14,197 bases of DNA, from assembly GCA_964496765.1 (NCBI GenBank), contig CAZCAP010000015.1, forward strand, positions 1-14,197, given 5' to 3'. The stretch's first letter is position 1, and every line of letters starts with the position of its first letter. This stretch comes from an uncultured archaeon (lineage in GTDB: Archaea > Iainarchaeota > Iainarchaeia > Iainarchaeales > CSSED10-239). The position numbers were made by a program, and so were the translations under genes. The notes under the pieces were generated by a model. It worked only from the letters and a program-made list of their open reading frames with translations, was not told where the DNA came from and did no database searches. Below, one piece after another: positions 7,384 to 14,197 of the stretch.

Positions 7384-8040
7384 TTAAAATAAAGATTGTA
7401 ATCTTTTTAAATTAATCTCTTTTGTGGATTTAACAATAATATTTGGATTTATTTCAATAAAATCATTCCTTTTTGTAAACTCTGTAATGATTGCAACAGA
7501 TTTAAATCCTGCTCTTTTCATTCCAAGAATTCCATTGGGCCCATCCTCTAGCCCAACACACTCACTAGGAGAAACTTTTAATTTTTGAGCAGCAAGAAGG
7601 TAGGTGTCTGGTGCAGGTTTTGCATTCCTAATCTCCTCTGTTGAAACAATTATTTTAAAATATTTATTTAATCCCAGCTTTTTTAGATCATAGATAATTA
7701 CTTCACGTCTGTTAGCTGAAGCAATTGCAATCCTAATCTTCTTTTTTTTAAGTTCTTCAATAAGCTTTTTTATTCCTGGATTTGGAATATACCTATTATC
7801 AATTAATTTATTATAGGTTTCTCTTGTAAAGGAACGCATTCCATCAACAGTTATTTTAATATTATATTTCTTATTCATTAGCTTAACAAAATCAGGAGTT
7901 GGGGTTGCTAGGTACTTTTTAAAATCAGACTTTTTAAAATCAATTTTAAATTTCTTAAAGTATTTCTTTCTTGCAAGAAAAACAAAATGAGTGGAATTAT
8001 ATATGGTTCCATCAAAATCAAACACAACTGCTTTTAACAT
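7384..8040 (-). CDS. HAD-superfamily hydrolase, beta-phosphoglucomutase-like
   Basis: VFDFDGTIYNST, IAIASANRREVI, K (NAKPAPDTY), GLEDGPNGILGMKRAGF. Confidence 0.93.
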   Translation of the reverse strand: MLKAVVFDFDGTIYNSTHFVFLARKKYFKKFKIDFKKSDFKKYLATPTPDFVKLMNKKYNIKITVDGMRSFTRETYNKLIDNRYIPNPGIKKLIEELKKKKIRIAIASANRREVIIYDLKKLGLNKYFKIIVSTEEIRNAKPAPDTYLLAAQKLKVSPSECVGLEDGPNGILGMKRAGFKSVAIITEFTKRNDFIEINPNIIVKSTKEINLKRLQSLF

Positions 8041-8095
8041 TACTAATCAAATCCAATAAATAAACAAAATAAACTTAATTTTTATATTTATTTAA

Positions 8096-8557
8096 TTATA
8101 ACTCATCCTGATCATATATATATTCTAGATCAACTTTTTCATAATTAAATAATTCTGCTTCTGCAAAGAATCTTTTAATCTCAACCTTTGCTGATGTATC
8201 AGAGTCTGATGCATGGATTACATTAAATTGTTTGGATATTGAAAAGTCTCCTCTGATTGTTCCAGGGTTTGCATCATATCCTTTTGTAATTCCTGTTAAA
8301 CTTCTAACAACAGTAACTGCATTATATCCTTCTAGAGCACAAACAACGGATGGTGTGCTTTGCATATATCTCTTAAGCCCAGGAAAAAATGCCTTCTCAC
8401 TATGATGCCCATAGTGATCGTCTATTAGCTTATCATCAAGATGTAGCATCTTAATTCCAATGATCTTTAATCCTTTTCTCTCAAATCTATGTAGGATTTC
8501 ACCTACTAGCCCTCTATTCAATGCATCAGGTTTGAATATAATTAATGTTCTTTCCAT
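8096..8557 (-). CDS. ndk: Nucleoside-diphosphate kinase
   Basis: MERTLIIFKPDALNRGLVGEI, NPGTIRGDF, catalytic-His motif NVIHASDS. Confidence 0.97.
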   Translation of the reverse strand: MERTLIIFKPDALNRGLVGEILHRFERKGLKIIGIKMLHLDDKLIDDHYGHHSEKAFFPGLKRYMQSTPSVVCALEGYNAVTVVRSLTGITKGYDANPGTIRGDFSISKQFNVIHASDSDTSAKVEIKRFFAEAELFNYEKVDLEYIYDQDEL

Positions 8558-8622
8558 ATTTTATCTTTTTCCTTTATTTTGTTTTATTATTATAGGTGGT
8601 TAAATATATAAATTAAACTTTT

Positions 8623-9312
8623 TTATTTGCTTTCACTAAGTTTTCTATCAATAATTTCAGAAAAGACTGAATAGGGTTTTGCACCAACAACTTCTTCTCC
8701 ATTAATAAAGAAACTTGGTGTGGAGGTTATTCCTAAATCAACCCCATCCAGATAATCTTGCTTTATTTCATTATAGGTTGTGTTTGAATTAATACACTTA
8801 GTAAATAAAGCTTCATCAAGTTCTATTTTTTTTGCATAGTCTATGTACCTATCCTTTATTCCTGAAACCCCATTAGTAAACAAAAGAGTATACATTTGAT
8901 AGTAATTGTTTTGAAGCCCAGCACATTCAGCTGCAATTGCAGCACCTTCAGCAAGTGGATGTCCAGAAAGAAGGGAATCCCTATAAACAAACTTAACTTT
9001 TCCTGTTTTAATATAGTTTTCCTCTATTTGGGTATAGGTTTCATTATAAAACTTAACACAAAAAGGACATTGAAAGTCACTGAACTCAACAATTGTTACA
9101 GAAGCATCTGGATTACCAGTTATATAATCATTGTTTATGTATTCGCTATCAAGTTCTGATAAATTAAGATCATTGCTTCTTGTGGTTGGGATGTTTTGAT
9201 CATAATTATAAATTATGTTTCCTTTGTTAAGCATTGATGAGATTACAAGAATCAATACAACTAGAATAACTAGAGAGAAAAATATAATCAAAAATTTATT
9301 TTCTTTTTTCAT
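8623..9312 (-). CDS. DsbA-like thioredoxin-fold protein, membrane/secreted
   Basis: N-terminal TM (FLIIFFSLVILVVLILVISS), VTIVEFSDFQCPFCVKFY (CPFC active site), GVDLGITSTPSFFINGEEVVGA (cis-Pro loop). Confidence 0.93.
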   Translation of the reverse strand: MKKENKFLIIFFSLVILVVLILVISSMLNKGNIIYNYDQNIPTTRSNDLNLSELDSEYINNDYITGNPDASVTIVEFSDFQCPFCVKFYNETYTQIEENYIKTGKVKFVYRDSLLSGHPLAEGAAIAAECAGLQNNYYQMYTLLFTNGVSGIKDRYIDYAKKIELDEALFTKCINSNTTYNEIKQDYLDGVDLGITSTPSFFINGEEVVGAKPYSVFSEIIDRKLSESK

Positions 9313-9380
9313 AAAGGATTACCTCGCGTTAATTATAGGGGTGTGTCCAACAAATATAACAATAATATAAAACCAAGATG

Positions 9381-10721
9381 TTAATCAATCATATTTTTAG
9401 ATTTAAAATTCTTTGTAAACTTGTTTGACGCAATCTTATTATCATATGCTGCTTTCTTTTCCAAATAGATTTCTTCATCTGTTAAATTTGATATATGCTT
9501 TTTTAATTCCTGTGCAGACATTACTCCTTTTTCAAGAATATAAATATTTCTTAATATTTTTGATCCACTAGGAGTATTATAAGGAATTGGATTAATAATA
9601 TTTAACTTACTTGATAATTCATTTGAAGGAACAATCTTAAACCCATGAGCTAAGAATACTCTCTCTGGAAGTTTAATTATCTTATCATCATAGGTTTGAA
9701 ATTCAGGAAGAACACAAACAACCCTTCCTTTTCCTTTCAAGTTAAATGTTAAATTATCAAACAAAGCAGAATATAGTGGAATTATATCCCCAAGTATCTG
9801 TTTTACTCTATGTTCATTTGGACGACTATCTAAAAAAGGACCCATATATGGCTCAAAGCAAGCTCCATCAGCTCTAAATAAAACCTTTGAAGAATTTCCT
9901 ATAATTAATTTGCTTTTTCCTTCAATTTTAAAGTTTTTTTCTGCCCAGGCAATATTTCTACGTGCCCCAGCAATCATTTCATTGTTCTTATCAATGCCAA
10001 TAACATCATATCCATCAATTAATGCTTCAATTAGAAAGGTCCCAACCCCACAAAATGGATCAACTATTGTTCTTCCACTGGGAAGCCCCAATAGATTAAG
10101 CATAATCTTAGTTAATCTAAAAGAAGTTGAATATAGTTCCTTTTTAATAGGTCTTTTTTTGTCTTTAAATATATAGTCCTCAGATGATGAGCAGGCAATT
10201 GTTTTTGCAAAAACATATTCATCATCAACTTTAAGAACAAATAATTCGAATCCTGTTTTTAAAAGTCCCCAGGACATAACATTATCTGGATTAATTATAT
10301 CTCTTCTAATAAGTTTCTTTTTACCCTTAACAAGAGGTAATAATTTTGGTTTCTTATAAACTGCTTTTGCTTTTTCTTCTCTAAAGTACAATTTAATTAT
10401 TTCATTTATGTTTGCAATTTCTAATTCATCAATATCAATTGTTGAAAGAGCATAGTTGAAGCTTTTTTTATTAATGAAATCAAGCTTATTAATTAGTTTT
10501 TCATTAATTGTTTTTGAGCTATGATAAACAATAGCAATTCTTGTGATTCCACCAAGGTCTGTAATCATCTTCTTTGAATTAATATTATATCCTAGGAAAT
10601 CAATTAGGAGATAATTATCTTCTTCCTTGTTAATTTTATAATTAATTTTTTCTTTATCCAAGTAGGTTGATAGTTCTAGTTTTGATAAACTAGAATTTCT
10701 TCCAAGTAAAAATAGGTACAT
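9381..10721 (-). CDS. Trm11/TrmG10-like tRNA (guanine) methyltransferase family protein
   Basis: TIVDPFCGVGTFLIEALIDGYDVIGIDKN motif I; N-terminal region consistent with the family. Motif IV region reads CFEPYMGP rather than DPPYG. Confidence 0.8.
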   Translation of the reverse strand: MYLFLLGRNSSLSKLELSTYLDKEKINYKINKEEDNYLLIDFLGYNINSKKMITDLGGITRIAIVYHSSKTINEKLINKLDFINKKSFNYALSTIDIDELEIANINEIIKLYFREEKAKAVYKKPKLLPLVKGKKKLIRRDIINPDNVMSWGLLKTGFELFVLKVDDEYVFAKTIACSSSEDYIFKDKKRPIKKELYSTSFRLTKIMLNLLGLPSGRTIVDPFCGVGTFLIEALIDGYDVIGIDKNNEMIAGARRNIAWAEKNFKIEGKSKLIIGNSSKVLFRADGACFEPYMGPFLDSRPNEHRVKQILGDIIPLYSALFDNLTFNLKGKGRVVCVLPEFQTYDDKIIKLPERVFLAHGFKIVPSNELSSKLNIINPIPYNTPSGSKILRNIYILEKGVMSAQELKKHISNLTDEEIYLEKKAAYDNKIASNKFTKNFKSKNMID

Positions 10722-10738
10722 AATTTTTTTCCTTTCCT

Positions 10739-11074
10739 TTATAATTGAATTAATATTTTTTTATTGCTTTGAGGTATTATTCTAACCTCTTGACCTTTAT
10801 CTAATTTATATTCCTTTACAATATCTGAAGGGAGAGTTATTGCTAAACTTCTACCTGCATTAATTATTGGCCTTCTAAATGCAAATTTAGCATGTATTTT
10901 ATCATTTAATTCATACATCTGTTCGCTGGTTGCAAACTCTTCTTTACATTTAGAGCATTCATAATAAGGAGAATTTTTGAATGTAATATCACCATTATTA
11001 AATTTCATTTCTCTTGATCTTAATACTGCTTTACCTTTACAAAGGTGACATTTTATTTCTTTTTCATATTCCAT
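10739..11074 (-). CDS. YgiT-like zinc-finger plus AbrB/SpoVT domain protein (antitoxin-like)
   Basis: CHLCKGKAV...YYECSKCKEEF two CxxC knuckles, then INAGRSLAITLPSDIVKEYKLDKGQEVRIIP. Confidence 0.82.
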   Translation of the reverse strand: MEYEKEIKCHLCKGKAVLRSREMKFNNGDITFKNSPYYECSKCKEEFATSEQMYELNDKIHAKFAFRRPIINAGRSLAITLPSDIVKEYKLDKGQEVRIIPQSNKKILIQL

Positions 11075-11316
11075 ATTTTAACTTCCTCTTCATTTGCTTC
11101 CCACAACGTAATTACATAAATATAATCTTTAGTTTCTTTCTTAATTGCTGTTAATACAAATTGATCAATATTAAATATTGTTTTTATATTATCTTTTTCT
11201 TTAATTTTAATCTTTTGTTCTTTAATATAGTATTCTATGTCTCCATAATTTAGTCCTAAGATTAATGCTCTTTCACAAAACCTATCTTGTGCATGAAGAC
11301 TCCATCTTATGATCAT
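11053..11316 (-). CDS. DUF4258-like protein (toxin-like partner)
   Basis: ORF 11053..11334; internal start MIIRWSLHAQDRFCERALILGLNYGDIEYYI preferred because TATAAA (minus strand, 11339-11344) lies ~26 nt upstream of 11316 (leaderless). 22-nt overlap with the downstream gene. Confidence 0.72.
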   Translation of the reverse strand: MIIRWSLHAQDRFCERALILGLNYGDIEYYIKEQKIKIKEKDNIKTIFNIDQFVLTAIKKETKDYIYVITLWEANEEEVKIWNMKKK

Positions 11317-11338
11317 ATATATTACATATACCAATTAG

Positions 11339-11344
11339 TTTATA
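11339..11344 (-). promoter_or_regulatory. Candidate TATA box of the DUF4258/YgiT-like operon
   Basis: TATAAA on minus strand ~26 nt upstream of ATG 11316. Confidence 0.45.
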
Positions 11345-11406
11345 ATAATATCATTTAATAATATGGTAATACCAAGTTAAATAAATAGAATTAAGAAAAA
11401 GAAAAT

Positions 11407-11437
11407 AAAAAGGAAAAGAAGTTACTTCTTTCCTTTT
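11407..11437 (-). terminator. Near-perfect hairpin with the L10e stop codon as loop
   Basis: Minus strand AAAAGGAAAGAAG-TAA-CTTCTTTTCCTTTTTATTTT; one extra base in one arm, T-rich continuation. Confidence 0.55.
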
Positions 11438-12186
11438 GCTGCTGGTGCTTTAGCAGCAGCTGCTGCTGGCTTTCCTGCAACTGGTTTTCCTGCTGCTGGA
11501 GCCTTAGCTCCGCCTGCAACTGGTTTTCCTGCTACTGCCTTGGTATCAGTTGGTGCTCCACCTGTCTTTGCAGCCTCTGCTGCCTTAGCTTCATCTTCCT
11601 GATCCTTTAGCATCTTTCTCTTCTTCTTAACAGTTCCAACAGACTTAAAGTTGCTTTCATTTTTTTCAACAACAACCTTCATTTTTCCTGGAACCTTTGA
11701 ATCACATCTATCAAGTATTGCTACAACTGTAGGAACATTAACTTCATCAACTAAAACACTTAATATTTTTTGATTAACTCTAACTCTTGATGCTACACCA
11801 ATAACCTTACCAAAAGGGCATTGACTCATTCCCATTTGTATTCTATCCGCATGTGCTCCCTGTGCTTGCTTATTTTCACGTAGGAAGAACTGTGGATATA
11901 CTCTTAGCTTCATATAATAGTTAGCAACAGTTAATCTTTTTGTTAATTGTCTAGTAATAGTTACTCTAATTGATTCTAGAGCATTATCTCTAATCTGAAC
12001 TTTTTCATTAGTTACGTAATGTACTACATGTGTATAATTTCTATCTCCAGTACCCATGTGAAACTGACGTATCTTAAGTCCTGGAATTCCTCCAATGAAG
12101 TTCTTTCTATGTACTTTTTTTGCAACTCTAGTAAATGCTCTTTGCTTAACATTTTTACTGTAACAATGTCCTGGTCTTAAACCCAT
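11422..12186 (-). CDS. rpl10e: Large ribosomal subunit protein L10e (uL16 family) with repetitive C-terminal extension
   Basis: MGLRPGHCYSKNVKQRAFTR...GGIPGLKIRQFHMG...MGMSQCPFGKVIGVASRVRVNQKI typical archaeal L10e; ~75-aa Ala/Pro/Lys/Gly tail. Confidence 0.95.
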   Translation of the reverse strand: MGLRPGHCYSKNVKQRAFTRVAKKVHRKNFIGGIPGLKIRQFHMGTGDRNYTHVVHYVTNEKVQIRDNALESIRVTITRQLTKRLTVANYYMKLRVYPQFFLRENKQAQGAHADRIQMGMSQCPFGKVIGVASRVRVNQKILSVLVDEVNVPTVVAILDRCDSKVPGKMKVVVEKNESNFKSVGTVKKKRKMLKDQEDEAKAAEAAKTGGAPTDTKAVAGKPVAGGAKAPAAGKPVAGKPAAAAAKAPAAKGKK

Positions 12187-12311
12187 AATAACTCACCTAA
12201 ACTTAATAATATACTTTTTTTTCTAATTTTAATTAAAAATTAGTCTATTTTAATATATATTATATATACAGTAAAGTATATAAATGAAATTATTCTATTT
12301 AAGTAAAATGA

Positions 12312-12336
12312 AAAAAGAGAAAGTTATCTCCTCTTT
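12312..12336 (-). terminator. Candidate hairpin terminator downstream of fic
   Basis: Minus strand AAAGAG-GAGATAACTTT-CTCTTT continuing into a T run. Confidence 0.4.
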
Positions 12337-12386
12337 ATTGTTTCTGTATTCTTAATTGGTTAACTCCTTTTTCTGAATCACTCTTA

Positions 12387-13367
12387 TTATACAATAAAAT
12401 TTTCCCAATAACTTGTCTCATATTCGGATATAAGAAAACTAATTAATGGGTTATAATCATCTTTTTTATCAGCAACTGAAAGAGCATCAAGATACTTATC
12501 TCTATTTTTCTTTGTAATTACTATTGGGGGATAATTAAATTTTAATAACATAAAATTAAACAATATTCTCCCTGTTCTTCCATTCCCATCAGCAAATGGA
12601 TGTATTCTTTCAAATCTATGATGGAAAATTACTGCCTTTACAAACGGATGCTCCTTTGATTTATTATACCAATCAAATAATTCATCCATTTCTTTATATA
12701 TTCTAAAATAAGGAGTTGAATCAAAATGAGATTTAGTTACCCTAATATCAAAATTTCTAAATTCTGTTCTTTCATCAATATCTTTCATTAATTGCTTATG
12801 TACATCAGTTATTAATTCTAGGTTAAACTCAGTTTTATTAAGTATTGAGAAAAATGTATTTTTAGTATTTCTAAGATCATATATTTCTCTTAATGTTTTA
12901 TTTTTTAATGTTGCATTATCTTCATTGAGTATTTTTCTAACCCCACTTAATGGAATTGTGTTTCCTTCAATTGAAGTAGTATTATAGGTAAATGAAACAA
13001 TAAAATGATTATATATGTCTCTTTGAGTTTGTAAATCTAATGTTTTAAATCTAGAATCAAAATGTAATTTAATTGCTTCAAGCTTAATCTGTTCATCAGT
13101 AGTTAAATAGTTGTCTTTCTTTAACTTCAATGATTCTGCTTTTTGAACATAATAATTTGAATTTAAGAACTTAGTAATTGTTCTATAACTCTTTCTAATT
13201 TCTTTATGGTATACTTTATTATCTAATAGATTGTTAATATTTATCTTTGATAAATCATTACCAAGATAAGCTATATCCTTAACAACTTTCTTTCCATTTA
13301 TTCTTTTATCTATTCTTAGGTAATAATACTTTTCTGACCCGTTCTTTTTTATATATACATAAACCAT
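12387..13367 (-). CDS. Fic/DOC domain protein (putative AMPylase), class-II-like N-terminal inhibitory motif
   Basis: ORF 12387..13451; active-site motif HPFADGNGRTGR, inhibitory-helix-like TTSIEG ([S/T]xxxE[G/N]). Start at 13367 (MVYVYIKKNGSEKYYYLRI) preferred from TATATAAA at 13390-13397. Confidence 0.93.
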   Translation of the reverse strand: MVYVYIKKNGSEKYYYLRIDKRINGKKVVKDIAYLGNDLSKININNLLDNKVYHKEIRKSYRTITKFLNSNYYVQKAESLKLKKDNYLTTDEQIKLEAIKLHFDSRFKTLDLQTQRDIYNHFIVSFTYNTTSIEGNTIPLSGVRKILNEDNATLKNKTLREIYDLRNTKNTFFSILNKTEFNLELITDVHKQLMKDIDERTEFRNFDIRVTKSHFDSTPYFRIYKEMDELFDWYNKSKEHPFVKAVIFHHRFERIHPFADGNGRTGRILFNFMLLKFNYPPIVITKKNRDKYLDALSVADKKDDYNPLISFLISEYETSYWENFIV

Positions 13368-13389
13368 ATAAATATAATGAATAGATGGG

Positions 13390-13397
13390 TTTATATA
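13390..13397 (-). promoter_or_regulatory. Candidate TATA box for fic
   Basis: TATATAAA on minus strand, centred ~27 nt upstream of ATG 13367. Confidence 0.55.
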
Positions 13398-13399
13398 GT

Positions 13400-13438
13400 T
13401 TACCCTGGACAACTCACTTTTTTGTTTGTCCAGGGTAA
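13400..13438. repeat. 13-bp perfect inverted repeat TTACCCTGGACAA / TTGTCCAGGGTAA
   Basis: Arms 13400-13412 and 13426-13438, 13-nt spacer, adjacent to the candidate fic TATA box. Confidence 0.9.
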
Positions 13439-13453
13439 CTGTGTTACTCAATA

Positions 13454-13479
13454 TTCTTTAAATAGAGCCTATTTAAGAA
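13454..13479. repeat. Second inverted repeat TTCTTTAAATAG / CTATTTAAGAA
   Basis: 11 pairs with a single extra T in the left arm and a 3-nt loop. Confidence 0.65.
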
Positions 13480-13772
13480 GAAAATTGATTTAAAATAAAA
13501 TTAGTTTTAAGTCCTTGTTTCTTTTTTTAAATATAAAGGAAGAAGAAAAATCCAGGGATCTGCAATATTTAAGAATCACAGTGTGTTTTTTCTTCCTTCC
13601 TCTTTTCTGCCTTTTTTTCTTTTGTGAAACAAGGTAATAGATTTACCGTATATACTAATGGATAAAATCATTTTAATAAAGAACTAGTTTTGATTTCAAA
13701 CTTCTTTAGTTGGTTTGTTTGAAAATCAAAATACTTATTGTGATTAGGTTATTTTTCACTATTAATTATGAT

Positions 13773-14126
13773 TTATGAACAACCATCCACATCTAAAGTA
13801 CAGTCTGCATGGCAATCTAGATCTCCTGAACTATATCCAAGGTCAGAACATGCTTTATTAGTGTACTTACCCATATCTGATCCATCACATTTCTCTGTTC
13901 CTTCAGCATTATTGTTACCACATACATAGGAACTTGCATTGTTTGTGTCCTGGACCCAATTATTAATGTCTGTAGTAGTATCATCAATTGCACTTGCTTG
14001 GGATGTTTTCTTATTTATGCTTGATAAATAAAATGTTCCAATAACAATTCCAGCAATAATTACGATTCCAATGATTATAAGCATTTCAATTGAAATTTGT
14101 CCTTTATTTTTTTTAGTAAAAAACAT
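13773..14126 (-). CDS. Class III signal peptide (DUF361-type) pilin/archaellin-like protein with Cys-rich C-terminus
   Basis: MFFTKKNKG|QISIEMLIIIGIVIIAGIVIG class III signal/pilin helix; C-terminal CGNNNAEGTEKCDGSDMGKYTNKACSDLGYSSGDLDCHADCTLDVDGC (6 Cys). Confidence 0.85.
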   Translation of the reverse strand: MFFTKKNKGQISIEMLIIIGIVIIAGIVIGTFYLSSINKKTSQASAIDDTTTDINNWVQDTNNASSYVCGNNNAEGTEKCDGSDMGKYTNKACSDLGYSSGDLDCHADCTLDVDGCS

Positions 14127-14197
14127 AAATATTTCCTAAATTATAAATAATAATCCTATAATATTATAAACTATTAATTTATAAAGATAACTAAAAA

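Noticed and set aside
7391-7406. Inverted repeat AAAGATT-GT-AATCTTT near the HAD gene 3' end
   Set aside because: Only a 2-nt spacer, AT-rich and internal to an apparent operon; too weak to add to the stop-codon hairpin set, though it may be a marginal member.
8896-9159. Plus-strand ORF of 87 aa
   Set aside because: Antisense to the DsbA-like CDS, which has clear active-site motifs.
9313-9380. Possible small gene between the DsbA-like and Trm11-like genes
   Set aside because: 68-bp gap with no ORF, hairpin or conserved motif; ordinary intergenic promoter space.
9910-10176. Plus-strand ORF of 88 aa
   Set aside because: Antisense to the methyltransferase motif I region; no independent support.
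1-14197. CRISPR array, transposase, integrase or defence-system signature
   Set aside because: No spaced identical repeats, DDE/Ser/Tyr recombinase motifs or known defence effectors were seen; only the Fic protein and DUF4258/YgiT-like pair are accessory-type genes.

Overview
AT-rich archaeal-looking window, probably DPANN/Woesearchaeota-like. This placement is inferred from protein types, TATA-like elements close to start codons and a class III signal peptide; it was not computed. Minus strand: tRNA-Ser(GCT); a membrane-anchored wHTH protein; a large secreted protein; a probable HAD / helical protein / two-methyltransferase operon; NDK; a DsbA-like thioredoxin protein; a Trm11/TrmG10-like methyltransferase; a DUF4258 + YgiT-like-Zn-finger/AbrB pair (toxin-antitoxin-like); ribosomal protein L10e with a repetitive Ala/Pro/Lys tail; a class-II-like Fic protein; and a class III signal peptide pilin-like protein with a Cys-rich C-terminus. 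Plus strand: a ribose-phosphate-pyrophosphokinase-like protein with eroded motifs, a PPC/DUF296-like protein and a divergent methyltransferase-like protein. No CRISPR array, transposon or recognisable defence island was found. Most notable: (1) a helically phased 10-bp repeat array (GNNNAACAAA) beside a palindromic TATA-like element upstream of the secreted protein; (2) several perfect or near-perfect hairpins with T-tracts that overlap stop codons; (3) a degenerate PRPP-synthetase-like protein; (4) a cluster of inverted repeats abutting the likely fic promoter, suggesting a later fic start; (5) a pilin-like protein with a six-Cys domain. No complete new multi-gene system can be claimed from sequence alone.
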